A stretch of 64,000 bases of DNA, taken from Phallusia mammillata (taxonomy: Eukaryota). The notes beneath the pieces are model-generated. The model worked only from the letters and a program-made list of their open reading frames with translations, was not told where the DNA came from and did no database searches. Made by a program: the position numbers and the translations under genes. The number at the start of each line of letters is the position of its first letter. Positions within the stretch are counted from its first letter, which is position 1. Location: the NCBI GenBank assembly GCA_965637545.1, contig OZ281499.1, positions 26,040,001-26,104,000 of the forward strand, given 5' to 3'. Shown piece after piece: positions 61,207 to 64,000 of the stretch.

Positions 61207-64000
61207 ATGGGCCACGTACGTGCAGCCGCACTGTTGGCTGTTTTTCTTGTGTGTGGCGTTTTTTACACCAATGCAGCGGTTACGATGTGCTTGGTTGGTA
61301 CGGTTGGTAGTGATATCGCAACAGCTGCCTGTACAAACTTCTGCGGAAGAACTGAAATAGTGAGTGGGGGTAAGTAGCAATTTTGTTAAGAATATAATTT
61401 GTTTGTTTGTTTTTGTGATAAGCGACGCACAATGTTTAACAGGGTGTCAAAATTAAAATGGAAAAACAAGGTAGAGAATGCAAAAACACACAGCGTCAGA
61501 ACCGCTTACATTGCACATTGTACTACATTGTAACCGCTTACATTGTATTTGTACCTAGTTATTTACTTTTGTACATTTCAGAGCATGTTGGATCGTGTGA
61601 GGACGATCTCGCCGCTTGTGACGCTCTCTGTGCCGGGTCACTGTGAGTTGATGCAAATAAAATAAACAGCATGTTTTACACACCAAAAAGTTTAACGTGG
61701 ATAAAAAATTTGCACTAGTTTCAATTGACGCCGTTTAAGCATACTTAACGCAACCAAGCACTACAATAAATGTTAGCGATAGAAAACAATACCAAGTTAT
61801 TTTTTTAATATTATTAGTTCATTAATTACTTCAAGAACAACGTTCGTAAATGTGCATGCGACGCAAAACAATTTACCTTTATTTTTAGGAACTGTATATC
61901 TGCTTGCTGCAATGATGCTAATGACTGCAACTCAGCGGTAGACACAATGAGAGGGACAGTAAATTGCGGTGTTGGAACACACGATGGTACAAACTTTCAA
62001 ACAGCTGAAAAGACATGCGACGCAGGCGATCTGTGTGGAAGGAAGGAAGTAACTGACTCTAGCAATAGTAAGTCGAGAAAATGAACTTTTATGCTTTTTG
62101 CACGCGGATAGACATTAAAATGTTACAGTGGTTTTAGACCACAAATATTTTGTACAACACGCTTCTGGAAAACTTCTACCAACATTCCTTATTACAGCTT
62201 TGACCTTTTGCCAGGGAATCTTGACGGTTAACTTGACTAAACACGTATAAATCATATTACAAAAGCATATAGTATTTTTGTACCGGTCATGAATATTTTT
62301 GTGTTTACTAACAACTTCAAAAATACCAAACTATTAAACAGAAAAAAACGCAAGAATTTAGAAATACAAACAAAACTACAAAACTTTTCAGTCGTAACCA
62401 TCACTGGATCTTGTTCAACTGTGGCTGAATGTGAAGCACCCTGCGATGGCGAAACGTAAGTTGTGTTAGTCCGAGACATTTCTGGCCCTTTTCGAACAAA
62501 TGTTACAATTAAAATGTCCCCTGAGTTCCAGCAAAAGTGTAGAATTTAAAATAAATTTGCAGTATTTTTCAGCTCTAATGTAACAGTAAAAAACTCATCT
62601 GTATTTGCCCGTTTAAAATTAATAATTAAAATTCATGCCCTACCATTACACTTTAAGGGTACATTAAACCGTGCACTAAAATTTAGTAACCGTGTAAAAT
62701 TTGGTAACCAAATTGCTTTACAGCTTTAGGTCCAGTGTGTTGGTAAGGAAAACGAGGTTAGATCAAAAAATGTGAAAACCCTGAAACCAAATAGCAATTG
62801 TGCATCGGTAGCAAACACAATAAACTGCAAATCGCCACAAATAATAGGCAAAGTGTTGTTGTTGCAGAGACGCATGTGTGTCGGCATGTTGCAATGGTGC
62901 TGACACTTGCAATACTTGGACAGTGGCACAAATGAGCAACATTGTGCGATGTGGAACTGGAGCGGACGCTACAACGCTATTGACTTGTGCAGCTGGATCG
63001 CTTTGTGGCAGAATGGAAGTAACTGGTTCAAGTAAGTACGATTTGCTTTGCTCAGTTTTAAAGTCGCAGGGTCCTGCTAAATAATAGTAGTCGAAAATAT
63101 ATTACAAAGACTAGTGCCTGTTAGCAAATGACTTGGATTCAAATTCGAAAAAAACAAAACAGTAAAGGGCATTTTACTAATAACATTCTATCCAATATGT
63201 CAACTGAAACACAGACCTTACTGCATGAAGTTTGACTTGTTGTGTCGTATTAAATGGCGATAGGGATGACCGCAATAACTTTCTTAAATACATTTTTGCA
63301 TGAAGTTTAAATGTTCGCTTTTTGAATGAAGCTCCAGCAACAACCGGAACATGTTCAACTCAAGCACAATGCGATGCCCTCTGTGCCGATACTGCGTAAG
63401 TGCAATAAAGCAGTAAACAAGTTGTGCAAGAAGTGCATAACAAACACCAAATAATTTGTCACAATGTTTTTGGGGAATTTAAGACCTTTACTGACAATTT
63501 ATATTGTACATTATTTGTACAAACGGAAACTGCTTTCAGGTTTTTGTTCAAACAAACTAATTTGGGCAGTAAACGGTAATTGAAGAAAAAACTCTTTTTA
63601 CTGATAAAAAAATCGGAAAAAAAACAGGGAAATAAAGTTTATCACAAAAACATTGTGAAACATGGCAAAACGTCTATAAAAATACCTAAAACATAGCAGA
63701 AATCATTATAAAAATACCCAAATAAGGATTCAACTTCAATCTGATTAATTATTAGGCAATTTCAAAAAAACTACCAGAAACAACGTTTAATTTTTTTTCA
63801 AACAACAACATAAATGTGAAATCCTTTCAGTCATCAGTACTACGAAAATGTGTTTGAAGCAAAACTCAAATTTCTTTCTTAAGTAAAGCCATTTCAGCTT
63901 TATACTTTTCACAGAGATTGCACAGCTGCATGTTGCAACAATGCCGATGACTGCAACAGCCGAATGGTAGCACAGATCGAAGCTGCCATTGTTTGTGGAA
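61207..64000 (+). CDS. Gene 8 (3' end outside window): recent duplicate of gene 5, first 3 LU-like domains
   Basis: Exons 61207-61369, 61582-61642, 61889-62067, 62392-62455, 62868-63031, 63332-63395 and 63915-end are in frame. Begins MGHVRAAALLAVFLVCGVFYTNA. Confidence 0.85.

Overview
This is eukaryotic, AT-rich, intron-dense DNA from a compact animal genome. A tunicate-like invertebrate is plausible, but the species cannot be determined from the sequence. Almost the whole window is a head-to-tail, plus-strand array of 8 paralogous spliced genes: 6 complete, and 2 cut by the window edges. Each encodes a signal peptide, 7-9 tandem 10-cysteine three-finger (Ly6/uPAR, LU)-like domains ending in CCx4-5CN, a Thr-rich stalk and a nearly invariant GPI-anchor-type tail. 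I traced all exons by hand via GT/AG sites, and every complete model stays in frame (626-788 aa). The array is built from a long-exon/short-exon pair that sits out of register with the protein domain. The genes are mosaics of one another's modules. In a recent duplicate pair the exons are about 10x more diverged than the introns, and one intron has been precisely lost. Together this looks like an actively diversifying cell-surface receptor family. Embedded elements are a 133-bp perfect inverted repeat carrying a complete type I hammerhead ribozyme on each strand (Penelope/retrozyme-like), with a decayed second copy elsewhere; a very young non-autonomous LTR element inserted immediately before one gene's stop codon; and MITE-like inverted repeats. 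The spacers hold repeated TATA+Inr promoter cassettes, a shared 3'UTR block and gene-less 'ghost' cassettes. All counts were made by eye and need confirmation by alignment.
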